The translations under genes were made by a program, and so were the position numbers. A DNA stretch of 51,334 nt from Verrucomicrobiota bacterium. Lineage in GTDB: Bacteria; Verrucomicrobiota; Verrucomicrobiia; Limisphaerales; SXQI01. Under the pieces are notes generated by a model. The model was not told the DNA's origin. It searched no databases and saw only the letters and a list, made by a program, of their open reading frames with translations. Positions 1 through 9,798 of the stretch are shown here, in pieces (the stretch's first letter is position 1; each line of letters starts with the position of its first letter). Location: NCBI GenBank assembly GCA_033762115.1, contig JANRLX010000020.1, positions 1-51,334 on the forward strand, in the 5' to 3' direction.

Positions 1-705
<705 letters not shown>

Positions 706-726
706 TTAAATTTCTAAGAACCTCTC

Positions 727-742
727 AGCAACAGGAGTGCCA
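727..742 (-). promoter_or_regulatory. Sigma54 (RpoN) -24/-12 promoter upstream of dnaK
   Basis: Minus strand TGGCACTCCTGTTGCT fits TGGCAC-N5-TTGCW with exact GG-N10-GC spacing, 58 bp upstream of the dnaK ATG. Confidence 0.75.
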
Positions 743-903
743 TGGATGGAAAAAGTTTTTTCTCCTTAATTATCAGCCATTTGCGGCATTTTTTGAAGGA
801 GAGATTGAAGTTTCAAAACTTCTCCTGAGGCAGGATGGCACAGATGTCACACTGAATTGGGCAAAGGTGTCACACCGAAAAGAAGTTAACCGAACACTGT
901 AAT

Positions 904-1602
904 CTAACTGGAAGTTTCAGAGCGGAGTCTGCTTAAGGCAACAAAGGCGGCTTTACTCTCTGCTTCTTTTTTATTCTTACCAGTTCCTCGCCCCAATTCC
1001 CGACCGCCATAATGCACGGTGCATTCAAAAATTCGGTCATGATCCGGGCCGGTGGTGGATTCAAGGCGATACACTGGCGACTCAGGGGATTGTGATTGAA
1101 GCAGTTCCTGCAATTCCCCCTTGGGGTTATCCAATGTGGGTATGACTTTCAATTCCCCAAGAATATTTTTATACAGACGAAGAACGATTTGCTGCGCAAC
1201 TTCGTAGTTTGAATCGAGAAAAATCGCACCGATCAAAGCTTCGAAAGCATCAGCCAATGCTGATGGGCGAGAGCGTCCGCCGCTCAATTCCTCGCCTCTG
1301 CTCACCACGAGGTAATCGCCCAGGTTGAGAGAGCTTGCCTGAATGGCCAGGCTTTTGGCGTTGACCAGCTGGGCACGGGCTTTGGTCAGCGGCCCTTCTC
1401 CGAAATTTGAAAATTTCGAGAATAGTTCCTTGGTTAAGGCCAACTGCAGGACGGCGTCCCCCAAAAATTCAAGCCGCTGATTATGCTGCACAGGGCCAAG
1501 GCTTTCGTGGGCGACAGAGGGATGTGTCAGGGCAAGACGAAGTAATCCCGGATCTTTAAAGTGGTAGCCCAATCGGCGTTGCAGCAATTCAAGGTCAGCC
1601 AC
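904..1602 (-). CDS. rnc: Ribonuclease III
   Basis: NQRLEFLGDAVL signature, ADAFEALIGAIFLD, C-terminal dsRBD (NPKGELQE...GPDH...GKNKKEAE). Confidence 0.97.
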   Translation of the reverse strand: MADLELLQRRLGYHFKDPGLLRLALTHPSVAHESLGPVQHNQRLEFLGDAVLQLALTKELFSKFSNFGEGPLTKARAQLVNAKSLAIQASSLNLGDYLVVSRGEELSGGRSRPSALADAFEALIGAIFLDSNYEVAQQIVLRLYKNILGELKVIPTLDNPKGELQELLQSQSPESPVYRLESTTGPDHDRIFECTVHYGGRELGRGTGKNKKEAESKAAFVALSRLRSETSS

Positions 1603-1614
1603 GGCTCAGAAAAT

Positions 1615-2205
1615 TTAAGGATTTTTCGGTTCAGGAGTGGCTTCAGGCATGGAAGTCGTGGCAGGCAACTCGGCGGAGGCGAGTGGTTGAGGCTCCTCCA
1701 ACCCATGCTCCAGCAAATGGGCTACATCCCGTTGCACCTGTTCCAATTCGTTCAGTTGAAGGTTTGGGTCAGTAATGGCAAACACGTCCCCTTCCCTGGC
1801 ATGTTCGTACAGGAACACTCGCCCCCCACCTTCGTTGATCTGCGCTTTGACTTTCAGGATTCTTTTCCGCTCAAGCATGACAGCAAGGATATAACGAGCC
1901 GCCAGATATCTTTCTTCTGCTCGTTCCAGAAGTTTACGCAACAAAGTTTCGGCAGTGTCCTTTTGAATTGCCTCAGGAGGAGCTGGAGGAGGAACGTGAT
2001 ACGTGGTCTGCCATTGGGAAATGAAACCTTCCCGGTTGGCTGCATTGTCTTTGTAATCCCTCAGCCAGCAGGCATCACAAATGTCCATTCGCTGATAAGC
2101 CCGTTTTTCGTCCAGGAGTATTGTATGAAAACCTTGCTTATCAGTGAACGGCGTATGGCACACCGCGCATTGGTGTGCACGAGACTGAATATTCCAATCC
2201 ATCAT
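1615..2205 (-). CDS. Conserved hypothetical protein with N-terminal CxxC...CxxC putative Zn ribbon
   Basis: 196-aa ORF, CAVC and ICDAC motifs, 12 bp upstream of rnc on the same strand. Confidence 0.75.
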   Translation of the reverse strand: MMDWNIQSRAHQCAVCHTPFTDKQGFHTILLDEKRAYQRMDICDACWLRDYKDNAANREGFISQWQTTYHVPPPAPPEAIQKDTAETLLRKLLERAEERYLAARYILAVMLERKRILKVKAQINEGGGRVFLYEHAREGDVFAITDPNLQLNELEQVQRDVAHLLEHGLEEPQPLASAELPATTSMPEATPEPKNP

Positions 2206-2281
2206 GATTTACAGAGAGCAAGCGAACCGTGTGTTGTAAAGAGTACTGTTGAGTGCGGTGGCACCGCAATCTCGATTTGGC

Positions 2282-2710
2282 CTATCGCTGTGGAAAAATT
2301 TGGTAAAGCAGAAAATAAATCAAAACACCTGTGACTGACACATACATCCAGATGGGCCAGGTCCATCGGGCAATCTTGCGGTGAGATTCGAATCGGCCTT
2401 TAAATGCCCGGAAAAATGTCATCAAGATCAGGGGAAGGACCGCAACAGCGAGAATGGTGTGGGTGAGAAGAATTGCAAGGTAATAGGGCCTGAACCATGC
2501 GGGATTCTGGAAAGTCGTCGTTCTCGCATGATAATGGTAATACAGGTAGCATACCAGAAAGAGGGCAGATGTGATGAATGCCCCCACCATGCACTTTTTG
2601 TGCAGGTCCTGCTTTTTCTGCCGAATAAATATATATCCCGCCAAAAGGAGGATCGCGCTTAACGAGTTCAGGCAGGCGTTAACTGCAGGCAGTGATGTCA
2701 GTGGGATCAT
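2282..2710 (-). CDS. DUF420 family membrane protein (CtaM/YozB-like oxidase assembly factor)
   Basis: LPAVNACLN, HKKCM, HTILA, HRKIARWTWPIWMYVSVTG motifs; four TM segments; last gene of the oxidase cluster. Confidence 0.9.
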   Translation of the reverse strand: MIPLTSLPAVNACLNSLSAILLLAGYIFIRQKKQDLHKKCMVGAFITSALFLVCYLYYHYHARTTTFQNPAWFRPYYLAILLTHTILAVAVLPLILMTFFRAFKGRFESHRKIARWTWPIWMYVSVTGVLIYFLLYQIFPQR

Positions 2711-2711
2711 A

Positions 2712-3371
2712 TCATTCCTTCAACAGAGCTTCCACTGCTGGCTTAATCTGTGCCTTTAAGTTCGGATCAGTGGAATCAAACCCGGCGTGAATGACATTAT
2801 GCTGGTCACGCCATCCCCTCACCTGTCCCTGCTTGTCCACCAGAACGAACGAGGTGCTATGAATGAAAAGATCGAAATCATTGGTCTGATCCGGTTCCGG
2901 TTTTTCAACAGCGGTCAGTTTCAAGCCCTCAATTGCAACCTTCGCAATTTCCCGTTTCGGGCCGGTTAAAAAAAGCCAGTTTTGTGACACAGCACCGAAT
3001 TGTTCCCCGAATTTCTTTAAGACATCACTTGTATCAAATTCGGGATCCGTTGTCAGGGTTACAAATGAAACGGGTTGATCACCCCAAAGGCCTTGAAGCC
3101 CACTCATGGTTTGCGTCATTTTGGGGCAAGGTCCGGCGCAACGAGAAAAAACGATATCAGCAATCCAAACGCGCCCCTTCAAATCCGCAAGCGTTATTGG
3201 AACCCCATGCTGGTTGGTCAGGGTAAACTCCGGAACCTGGGATAGAACCGGCAAGGAAGAGGAAGCAACTGTGGTTTTTCGTTCCTTCAGGAAAAGAACA
3301 AATATGAGAACTACCGTTAAAAGAACTCCGCCCCAGACTGATACTTGAACAGTTTTTGAAATGGGCTTCAC
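2712..3371 (-). CDS. SCO family copper chaperone
   Basis: N-terminal TM anchor, FSRCAGPCP (CxxxCP), DPEFDT, distal His in IHSTSFVLVD. Confidence 0.93.
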   Translation of the reverse strand: MKPISKTVQVSVWGGVLLTVVLIFVLFLKERKTTVASSSLPVLSQVPEFTLTNQHGVPITLADLKGRVWIADIVFSRCAGPCPKMTQTMSGLQGLWGDQPVSFVTLTTDPEFDTSDVLKKFGEQFGAVSQNWLFLTGPKREIAKVAIEGLKLTAVEKPEPDQTNDFDLFIHSTSFVLVDKQGQVRGWRDQHNVIHAGFDSTDPNLKAQIKPAVEALLKE

Positions 3372-3373
3372 TT

Positions 3374-3403
3374 AAAAAAGAAAGCCGCCCCGAATGAGGC
3401 GGC
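3374..3403 (-). terminator. Probable intrinsic terminator downstream of coxB
   Basis: Minus strand GCCGCCTCATTCGGGGCGGC hairpin followed by TTTCTTTTTT. Confidence 0.65.
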
Positions 3404-3421
3404 CTCGCAATAAAGAATTAT

Positions 3422-4186
3422 CTATTCAAACCCGCCAGCACTATTGGCAGTGCTGGCAGTCTTCTCGGTGACCCATTGATCGTAACCAGCCTGATCCCGG
3501 ACTTCGACATAAGCTTTCATGAAAGCATGAGAATTCCCGCACAGCTGGGCGCAATTAATCAGGTAACGCCCAACTTCTGTTGGTTTGAACCAGGTAGGAA
3601 TGCTCAACCCAGGAATGGCATCCTGGGTGATGCGAAATGGAGCAACTTTGAAAGAGTGAATCACATCTTTGGAGCTGATATACACGATGACGGGCTTGTT
3701 TACCGGCACGACCATTTCATTCAAAGGCGGGACAATGTCATCCTTGCCTGCTTCATCGGCGGGGTCGTATCCCAGCGGATTGCTGCTGCCCACCAGTTTA
3801 ATATCCTGTTTACCGAAAACCCCATCTTTTCCCGGATAACGAAAATTCCAGGCAAACTGTTCAGCAACCACTCGAACTTGAGTGGATTCAGCCTCGGGCG
3901 GAAAGCGATCAACCACCTTGGCCCAAAGCGGGACAGCAAAGCCGATCAGGAGGATTGCCTCAACCACAACCACTGCACCTTCCACATAAGTTGAAGCATG
4001 TGAGCTGACACCATAATAATTGGCCTTGGGATTACTCTTTTTCCGAAAACGGATAAGAGTATAAATAAAGTAGGACAACCAGCCAACAAACAACGCCCCC
4101 ATCAAATAATGGACATAAAGAATCAGCTTATCAACATCTGCTCCATGTTCTGATGCCAGGATCGGCAATCCGAGATACTTCATCAT
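3422..4186 (-). CDS. coxB: Cytochrome c oxidase subunit II (CuA), no fused cytochrome c
   Basis: Two TM helices, QFAWNFRYPG, DVIHSF, DAIPG, CuA ligands CAQLCGNSHAFM. Confidence 0.93.
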   Translation of the reverse strand: MMKYLGLPILASEHGADVDKLILYVHYLMGALFVGWLSYFIYTLIRFRKKSNPKANYYGVSSHASTYVEGAVVVVEAILLIGFAVPLWAKVVDRFPPEAESTQVRVVAEQFAWNFRYPGKDGVFGKQDIKLVGSSNPLGYDPADEAGKDDIVPPLNEMVVPVNKPVIVYISSKDVIHSFKVAPFRITQDAIPGLSIPTWFKPTEVGRYLINCAQLCGNSHAFMKAYVEVRDQAGYDQWVTEKTASTANSAGGFE

Positions 4187-4189
4187 TGG

Positions 4190-4447
4190 TTAAGCCTTGG
4201 TTGGGGAAGAGGTCATTTCAGGGTTGGAAAGGCGCGGAAAGCGTTCGCTGCGGCGCGCAATGTAATAAAAAAAGCAGGAAATCAGTGCCAATACGCTGGT
4301 AATCACGATCAACAGAACGAAAATTCCCATGTTCATTCCCTTGGCGAGGTTCGAATCAGATTTGCCAAAACAGGTGGCACATCCAAACGCCTCTGGCAAA
4401 ACAGAGATGATTAAAATGAAAATGGCAATCCAACTGCCCTGCTTCAT
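4190..4447 (-). CDS. Small membrane protein with CxxC motif in oxidase operon
   Basis: Signal-like N-terminus then GCATCFG and one TM helix; overlaps upstream gene by 4 bp. Confidence 0.7.
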   Translation of the reverse strand: MKQGSWIAIFILIISVLPEAFGCATCFGKSDSNLAKGMNMGIFVLLIVITSVLALISCFFYYIARRSERFPRLSNPEMTSSPTKA

Positions 4448-4650
4448 AAATAACTGATGTGTTTAAGTTTCTTCAGGAAATATTGGCCATAAATCCAGAG
4501 CGCAACGAGGGAAACGATCGAAGCGATGACAAAGATCAGATCCAGCATGGCCCGGTCAGCCAGATAATTCCGCAATGAACAACCACCGAAAAACAAGGTC
4601 ACGAGGCTGGATGCGATGATAAAAATGATATGAAAAGCTTTAAGTGACAT
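4444..4650 (-). CDS. Small two-TM membrane protein in oxidase operon
   Basis: 68 aa, MSLKAFHIIFI..., tightly packed between subunit IV and the CxxC protein. Confidence 0.7.
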   Translation of the reverse strand: MSLKAFHIIFIIASSLVTLFFGGCSLRNYLADRAMLDLIFVIASIVSLVALWIYGQYFLKKLKHISYL

Positions 4651-4651
4651 G

Positions 4652-4987
4652 TCAGCGTTTAATGTGAATGAGGCTCGATGGTTCCATCGACCAGACCGTA
4701 AGATACATCAATCCGATCACGAAGAAAACCGTGGCCACCAACATGGCGTAAATCATCTTCCGTTCACTCAAGAGATGCATGAAGTAACCAGCGACCAGGA
4801 AGGCCTTAACGGAAGCAATAATCAGTGCAACGATGATATTCATCCTTGGTGAACCAAAATTCACATAGGAAGCCAGAACAGTAATGACTGTTCCAATGAG
4901 CAAAGCTCCAAAAATAATCAGGTAACGACGAACCTCTTTTGAGACGTCATGCGCATGAACTTGAGTTTGAGAGTGTGACTGACCCAT
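4652..4987 (-). CDS. Cytochrome c oxidase subunit IV family protein
   Basis: IASVKAFLVAGYFMHL motif, three TM helices. Start moved to ATG 4987, 4 bp after the subunit III stop. Confidence 0.88.
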   Translation of the reverse strand: MGQSHSQTQVHAHDVSKEVRRYLIIFGALLIGTVITVLASYVNFGSPRMNIIVALIIASVKAFLVAGYFMHLLSERKMIYAMLVATVFFVIGLMYLTVWSMEPSSLIHIKR

Positions 4988-4991
4988 AAAA

Positions 4992-5810
4992 TTATAATAG
5001 ATAAAGAACTGGAAAGAGGAAAATCCAAACAAGGTCCACAAAATGCCAGAACAATCCCGAAACCTCGATGCGGTTCGTGAATCGTTCCGGGTCTGTTTTC
5101 CACATCTTTGCCCCAGGCAACCATAAATAGGCTATCACCAATGCCCCGCCGATAACGTGGAGACCATGCAACCCGGTCAGCGTGAAATAAATGGCCATGT
5201 AGGTATTATGCTTCGGCCCATAATTTCCCATTTTTTTCACATCGGACATCATTACTGTGACCTCCTCATGATGGTCAGCGGCGGCAGGGCTTGCTGAAGC
5301 TTCAGCCGCATTGGTCCCCGAAACAGGCTGGACCTTGTGGTCATGCTTCTCTTTCCCGTGAGTACCATGTGAAACATGCAATGTGATGGAATCGGCGCTC
5401 TTCTTCACAAGATGGCCATCCACGATGGTTCCATCATTTTTGATCACCTCGTAGTGAAGAAATTTATCTTGGTACTCAAATGTTTTGATGACCAAAAAGA
5501 TCAACGCACAGAGCACTGTGATCCCCTGATATATTCGGAATTTGTTAAACTGGTTCATCTTGAGTGATGCCCAGGCCATCACCACCGTGACAGAAGAACA
5601 AATAAGTACCAGGGTGTTGATCGTTCCGAGGGGAACGTTCAGCAGTCCATGCGGCCATGTGCCAGGCTCAGCCCCAACTCTTAACAGGATATAGGCAGAG
5701 AAAAGCGCTCCGAACAGCATGACTTCTGATGCGAGAAAGAGCCAAATGCCGAGCTTGGCATTGTATAACCCTGTATCTTCCCGCTCATGCGTTGTGTATG
5801 GAATATCCAT
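4992..5810 (-). CDS. coxC: Cytochrome c oxidase subunit III
   Basis: WLFLASEVMLFGALF, YFTLTGLHGLHV, FWHFVDLVWIFLFPVLY. Confidence 0.95.
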   Translation of the reverse strand: MDIPYTTHEREDTGLYNAKLGIWLFLASEVMLFGALFSAYILLRVGAEPGTWPHGLLNVPLGTINTLVLICSSVTVVMAWASLKMNQFNKFRIYQGITVLCALIFLVIKTFEYQDKFLHYEVIKNDGTIVDGHLVKKSADSITLHVSHGTHGKEKHDHKVQPVSGTNAAEASASPAAADHHEEVTVMMSDVKKMGNYGPKHNTYMAIYFTLTGLHGLHVIGGALVIAYLWLPGAKMWKTDPERFTNRIEVSGLFWHFVDLVWIFLFPVLYLL

Positions 5811-5834
5811 GTGAAATTCTCAAAAAAAAATCAG

Positions 5835-7661
5835 TTAGGCTTTCTGTGTTTTCAGTGGTTCGTTTTGAGGCGAGAAATCAGTGGCTGCCCCGGGAACGCT
5901 ATATTCATAAGGCCCACGATAAACCGCAGGCGTTGTTGTAAAATTGCCATGAGGAGGCGGTGTCGGTGTTTGCCACTCCAGCGTGGTGGCCTGCCAGGGG
6001 TTGTCCGAAGTCACCTTTTTCCCGAATTTCCAACTGGTCAGGAAATTGTAGATGAAAGGAATTTGAGCCAAGCCCAGACACCAGGCCGCAATCGAGACAA
6101 GCACATTGGAATACAAGACGCTTTCGGAAAGTGCGCCTGCCACTCCGGGATTTTGTGCGACTGAATAATTGGCTCCACCATCCGACATGCGGCGAAGCAT
6201 CCCAGCCATTCCCTGTGCAAACATCGGCTGGAAGATCAGGTTCATGAAAATGAACGAAGTCACAAAATGGATTTTCCCAAGGGACTCGCTCATGAACCGG
6301 CCGGTTACCTTTGGATACCAGTAGTAAATCCCGCCGAACAACGCAAAAATCGTTCCCGGCGCAACAACATAATGGAAATGAGCGATGACGTAGTAAGTGT
6401 CATGCAAGTGCAGATCAACAAAGTTAAAACCGAGGGGCAATCCTGTTAATCCACCAATTCCGAACATTGGCAGGAACGCCAGCACGAACAGCATCGGAGT
6501 GTTAAACCGCATCGAACCACCCCAAAGTGAGATAAAAAAGACAGTGAGAATGATCACTGAGGGGATTGAAATGATCATGGTCGTGGTCTGGAAGAAAGTG
6601 CTGATCGCTGTCCCCATCCCTGTCAAATACATGTGGTGTGCCCAAACGATGAAGGAGATAAATCCCACGGCCAGAGCTGAGTAAACAAGTGATTTATAAC
6701 CCCAGATCGGCTTTCGAATGTTGTTGCACAATATTTCACAGACAATCCCCATCGCCGGAAGAATCAGAACGTACACTTCGGGATGCCCGAGGAACCAAAA
6801 CAGATGCTGCCAAAGCAGCGGGCTGCCGCCACCGCTGATATCTGCTGGATTTCCCGAGATCATCAAGCCGGTTGGCATGAAAAAGCTCGTTCCAAAAACC
6901 TTGTCCATCAGCTGCATGATTCCAGCCGCTTCCAATGGAGGAAATGCAAGGAGAAGAATGAAACCGGTGACAAACTGGGCCCAAACGAAAAAAGGCAAGC
7001 GCATCCAGGTCATGCCGGGAGCGCGCAACTGAATAATCGTTGCAAGAAAGTTTACTGCACCCAAAAGAGAGGAAGTAATCAGGAACACCATCCCGATCAG
7101 CCAGTAGGTTTGGCCGTCAGTCGGGATGATCACAGCCAGCGGTGAGTAGGACGTCCAGCCAGCCTGTGCCGGTCCGCCCGGAATAAAGAAGCTCACCAGC
7201 ATGATAACGCCACCCAGGAAGAACACCCAGTAACTGGCCATGTTGATCCGTGGGAAGCACATGTCAGGGGCGCCGATCTGCAAGGGCACGACGTAATTTC
7301 CGAATGCGGCAAATGCCAGCGGCACAATCGCAAGGAACACCATGATCGTTCCATGCATCGCTCCGAAAGCGTTGTATAAATCACCGGACATAACTCCCCC
7401 GCTCGCCATCCCCTTGAACAGGGAATCCAGCAGCCCACCAACGATTGGAATGGGCTGTCCGGGATAAGCCAGTTGATACCGCATTAATGCGATCAGTGTG
7501 AAACCAATAAAGAGAAAAACCAGCGAGGTTAAGGCGTACTGGATGCCGATGACTTTATGGTCAGTGGAGAAAATATATTTCCGCCAGAAACCAAGCTCTT
7601 CATGATGATGAGCATCGTGATGAGCTCCAGCGTGATGTGTGTCAGTGGTTGAATGCTGCAT
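5835..7661 (-). CDS. coxA: Heme-copper oxidase subunit I, A1-like
   Basis: STDHKVIG, MHGTIM, WFLGHPEVY, WAHHM, AHFHY, GMLRR: all six His ligands and the cross-linked Tyr present. Confidence 0.96.
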   Translation of the reverse strand: MQHSTTDTHHAGAHHDAHHHEELGFWRKYIFSTDHKVIGIQYALTSLVFLFIGFTLIALMRYQLAYPGQPIPIVGGLLDSLFKGMASGGVMSGDLYNAFGAMHGTIMVFLAIVPLAFAAFGNYVVPLQIGAPDMCFPRINMASYWVFFLGGVIMLVSFFIPGGPAQAGWTSYSPLAVIIPTDGQTYWLIGMVFLITSSLLGAVNFLATIIQLRAPGMTWMRLPFFVWAQFVTGFILLLAFPPLEAAGIMQLMDKVFGTSFFMPTGLMISGNPADISGGGSPLLWQHLFWFLGHPEVYVLILPAMGIVCEILCNNIRKPIWGYKSLVYSALAVGFISFIVWAHHMYLTGMGTAISTFFQTTTMIISIPSVIILTVFFISLWGGSMRFNTPMLFVLAFLPMFGIGGLTGLPLGFNFVDLHLHDTYYVIAHFHYVVAPGTIFALFGGIYYWYPKVTGRFMSESLGKIHFVTSFIFMNLIFQPMFAQGMAGMLRRMSDGGANYSVAQNPGVAGALSESVLYSNVLVSIAAWCLGLAQIPFIYNFLTSWKFGKKVTSDNPWQATTLEWQTPTPPPHGNFTTTPAVYRGPYEYSVPGAATDFSPQNEPLKTQKA

Positions 7662-7753
7662 GACTAATTTTCTCTTCTATCGGTGCATCGCGACCTTATC
7701 AAGCGGGCAAGTAAAAGATGATCAACCGCCCCTGTCAAGATTCGCAATACTGA

Positions 7754-8665
7754 TCATTTAATTTTATCGAACACCATCAATCCCAATAACAAGGGAAGGT
7801 AAATGATGGAATACAAGAACAGCGTGCGGGCAGATGAAACGGTCAACCGCCGCGCAAATTGAATTGCAAAGAAGCAAAAAAGCCCACCCAACACCAGGGC
7901 ACCCAGGAAATAAATCACACCACTTACGCCAAACAGCGCGGGGCAAAGGCTCACAGGCAATAAACCCAGCGTGTGACTGACGCTCTGGTTCGCAGTTTTC
8001 CGTCCATCCCTGTCAAACACAGGCAACATCGCGAACCCAGCCCGGGCATACTCATCCTTGTAAATCCATGCGATGGCGAGAAAGTGCGGTAATTGCCAGA
8101 AAAACAAAATCGCGAAAAGCGACCATCCCGCCCCGGTGATTTCATTGCGGGCAGCCGTCCACCCCATTAAAGGAGGAAGCGCACCAGGGACTGCCCCAAT
8201 GATCGTGTTTAGTGCCGTAACACGCTTCAGCGGGGTGTAAACCAGCAGATAACTGATCAACGTCAGCGCCCCCAGTAATGCCGTTAATGGATTAACGGCA
8301 AAGGTCAGGTAAATCAGCCCGGCAATGGAAATTCCACCACCAAAAATCAACACCGTTTCAGGTTCCAGTTCGCCGGAGGGCAAGGGGCGGGATTCAGTGC
8401 GCTTCATGCGGGCATCATGCTCCCGCTCCATAAACTGATTGAGCGCCGCAGCGCCGCAGGCAACCAGCGCTGTCCCGGCAAGCAGATGAAGCATTAGCCC
8501 GATATCCACAGGCGCGCGTGAGCCAGCATAATAACCCACCAAGGTGGTCAGCAGCACCAGTGCTGTGAGGCGGGCTTTGACCAGATCCGCAAATATTGCC
8601 AGATACCCTCGGGTGGTTATCGCTTGCGGCACTGGTTCAGGAATCGCTGGTGCTGTGGCTTTCAT
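7754..8665 (-). CDS. ctaB: Protoheme IX farnesyltransferase (heme O synthase)
   Basis: NQFMEREHDARMKRTESRPLPSG, YTPLKR, GAVPGALPPLMGW, WQLPHF. Confidence 0.95.
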   Translation of the reverse strand: MKATAPAIPEPVPQAITTRGYLAIFADLVKARLTALVLLTTLVGYYAGSRAPVDIGLMLHLLAGTALVACGAAALNQFMEREHDARMKRTESRPLPSGELEPETVLIFGGGISIAGLIYLTFAVNPLTALLGALTLISYLLVYTPLKRVTALNTIIGAVPGALPPLMGWTAARNEITGAGWSLFAILFFWQLPHFLAIAWIYKDEYARAGFAMLPVFDRDGRKTANQSVSHTLGLLPVSLCPALFGVSGVIYFLGALVLGGLFCFFAIQFARRLTVSSARTLFLYSIIYLPLLLGLMVFDKIK

Positions 8666-9718
8666 TTACGCGGCAAACGCCTGCCCTCCTCTTTCATTCA
8701 GGAGTTGGTCCTGGCGTTGTAATTCGACCGGAACATCACGCCAGATAACACGCTTGAGAGCAATCACTATTAGAACTCCCCAGGCCAAACTCAAGGCACC
8801 GATCACCACATGGGCCGTGGCGATATCCGCGGCTTTCTTGCTGAGCACCGTGGCAATTCCCAGCGTTGCCTGCGTCAAGATAAGAAGAGCCCAACTGGTC
8901 ACCAGTCGGCGAACCATCAATGGCAGTTCCAGACCCCTGCTCTTCCAAAAGCAGAAAGCGGTTAATGCCAAAATAATTACGGCGATAAAGCGGTGTGTCA
9001 TATGCAGGATAATTTGCGGGGCAGTCACGTTCCCGTAGTCGCGCACATCCAAACGCATCTGGTTATATCGCTCAAGGGATGCTGGATCCAGATCGGGCCA
9101 CCATTTTCCGTAAGCCAGTGGGAAGTCCGGGACGGCCAATCCAGAATGCTGGTGCCGCATGGAAGCTCCAATAATCAATTGCAAAAGAATGATCGAAGTG
9201 GTGACGATGAACCAGGGCATGGCAGATTTAATCGCCTCTTCATCACTCCTGAAACTCACGTTTCGCCACCAATTGGAACTGAAAAAGGTGATTGCGCATA
9301 TCAGGCAAAAAAACAGCTGGGCAAGTGTGCCATGAAAGATTCCAATTTCATCTTTCATTGCGGTCACGCGCAATCCACCAAGAACCCCTTGAAAAACGAC
9401 GAGAAAAAAAGCAATCACTCCCAGGAGCCGCATCCATTTCCGATTGTCAGCGAAAAATAACCAGGCGGCCAGGATGGTCGTCAGCAATCCCACGAAGGAA
9501 GCGACAAGACGATGGGTATGCTCATAAAAAATTCCTCCCACCCATTGTGAAACCGGAAACAAAAACATGTTGTAACCATACGTGGTGGGCCAGTCCGGCA
9601 CTGCCATCCCCACTCCTTTGCTGGTCACCACCCCGCCAATCCCAATCAGGCACAATGTGGCTGCTGCAGAGAACCATGCGAAGCGCTGCAACCATTGTTG
9701 AGATCGGGATAACATCAA
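8666..9718 (-). CDS. ctaA: Heme A synthase (COX15/CtaA)
   Basis: GMAVPDWP, YEHTHR, QGVLGG, IFHG, HMTHR, TAHV motifs. Confidence 0.92.
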   Translation of the reverse strand: MMLSRSQQWLQRFAWFSAAATLCLIGIGGVVTSKGVGMAVPDWPTTYGYNMFLFPVSQWVGGIFYEHTHRLVASFVGLLTTILAAWLFFADNRKWMRLLGVIAFFLVVFQGVLGGLRVTAMKDEIGIFHGTLAQLFFCLICAITFFSSNWWRNVSFRSDEEAIKSAMPWFIVTTSIILLQLIIGASMRHQHSGLAVPDFPLAYGKWWPDLDPASLERYNQMRLDVRDYGNVTAPQIILHMTHRFIAVIILALTAFCFWKSRGLELPLMVRRLVTSWALLILTQATLGIATVLSKKAADIATAHVVIGALSLAWGVLIVIALKRVIWRDVPVELQRQDQLLNERGGQAFAA

Positions 9719-9798
9719 TTTTAACAGAGTACCGCTGCGGCTCTTTCAAACCGCAGCGGTATCACACACACAACACAACCCAACGAACTAACAAGAAA

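Noticed and set aside
735..742. CIRCE half-site GAGTGCCA upstream of dnaK
   Set aside because: No matching second arm 9 bp away; better explained as the -24 element of a sigma54 promoter.
1561..2334. 257-aa plus-strand ORF
   Set aside because: Antisense to three co-oriented minus-strand genes; no motifs.
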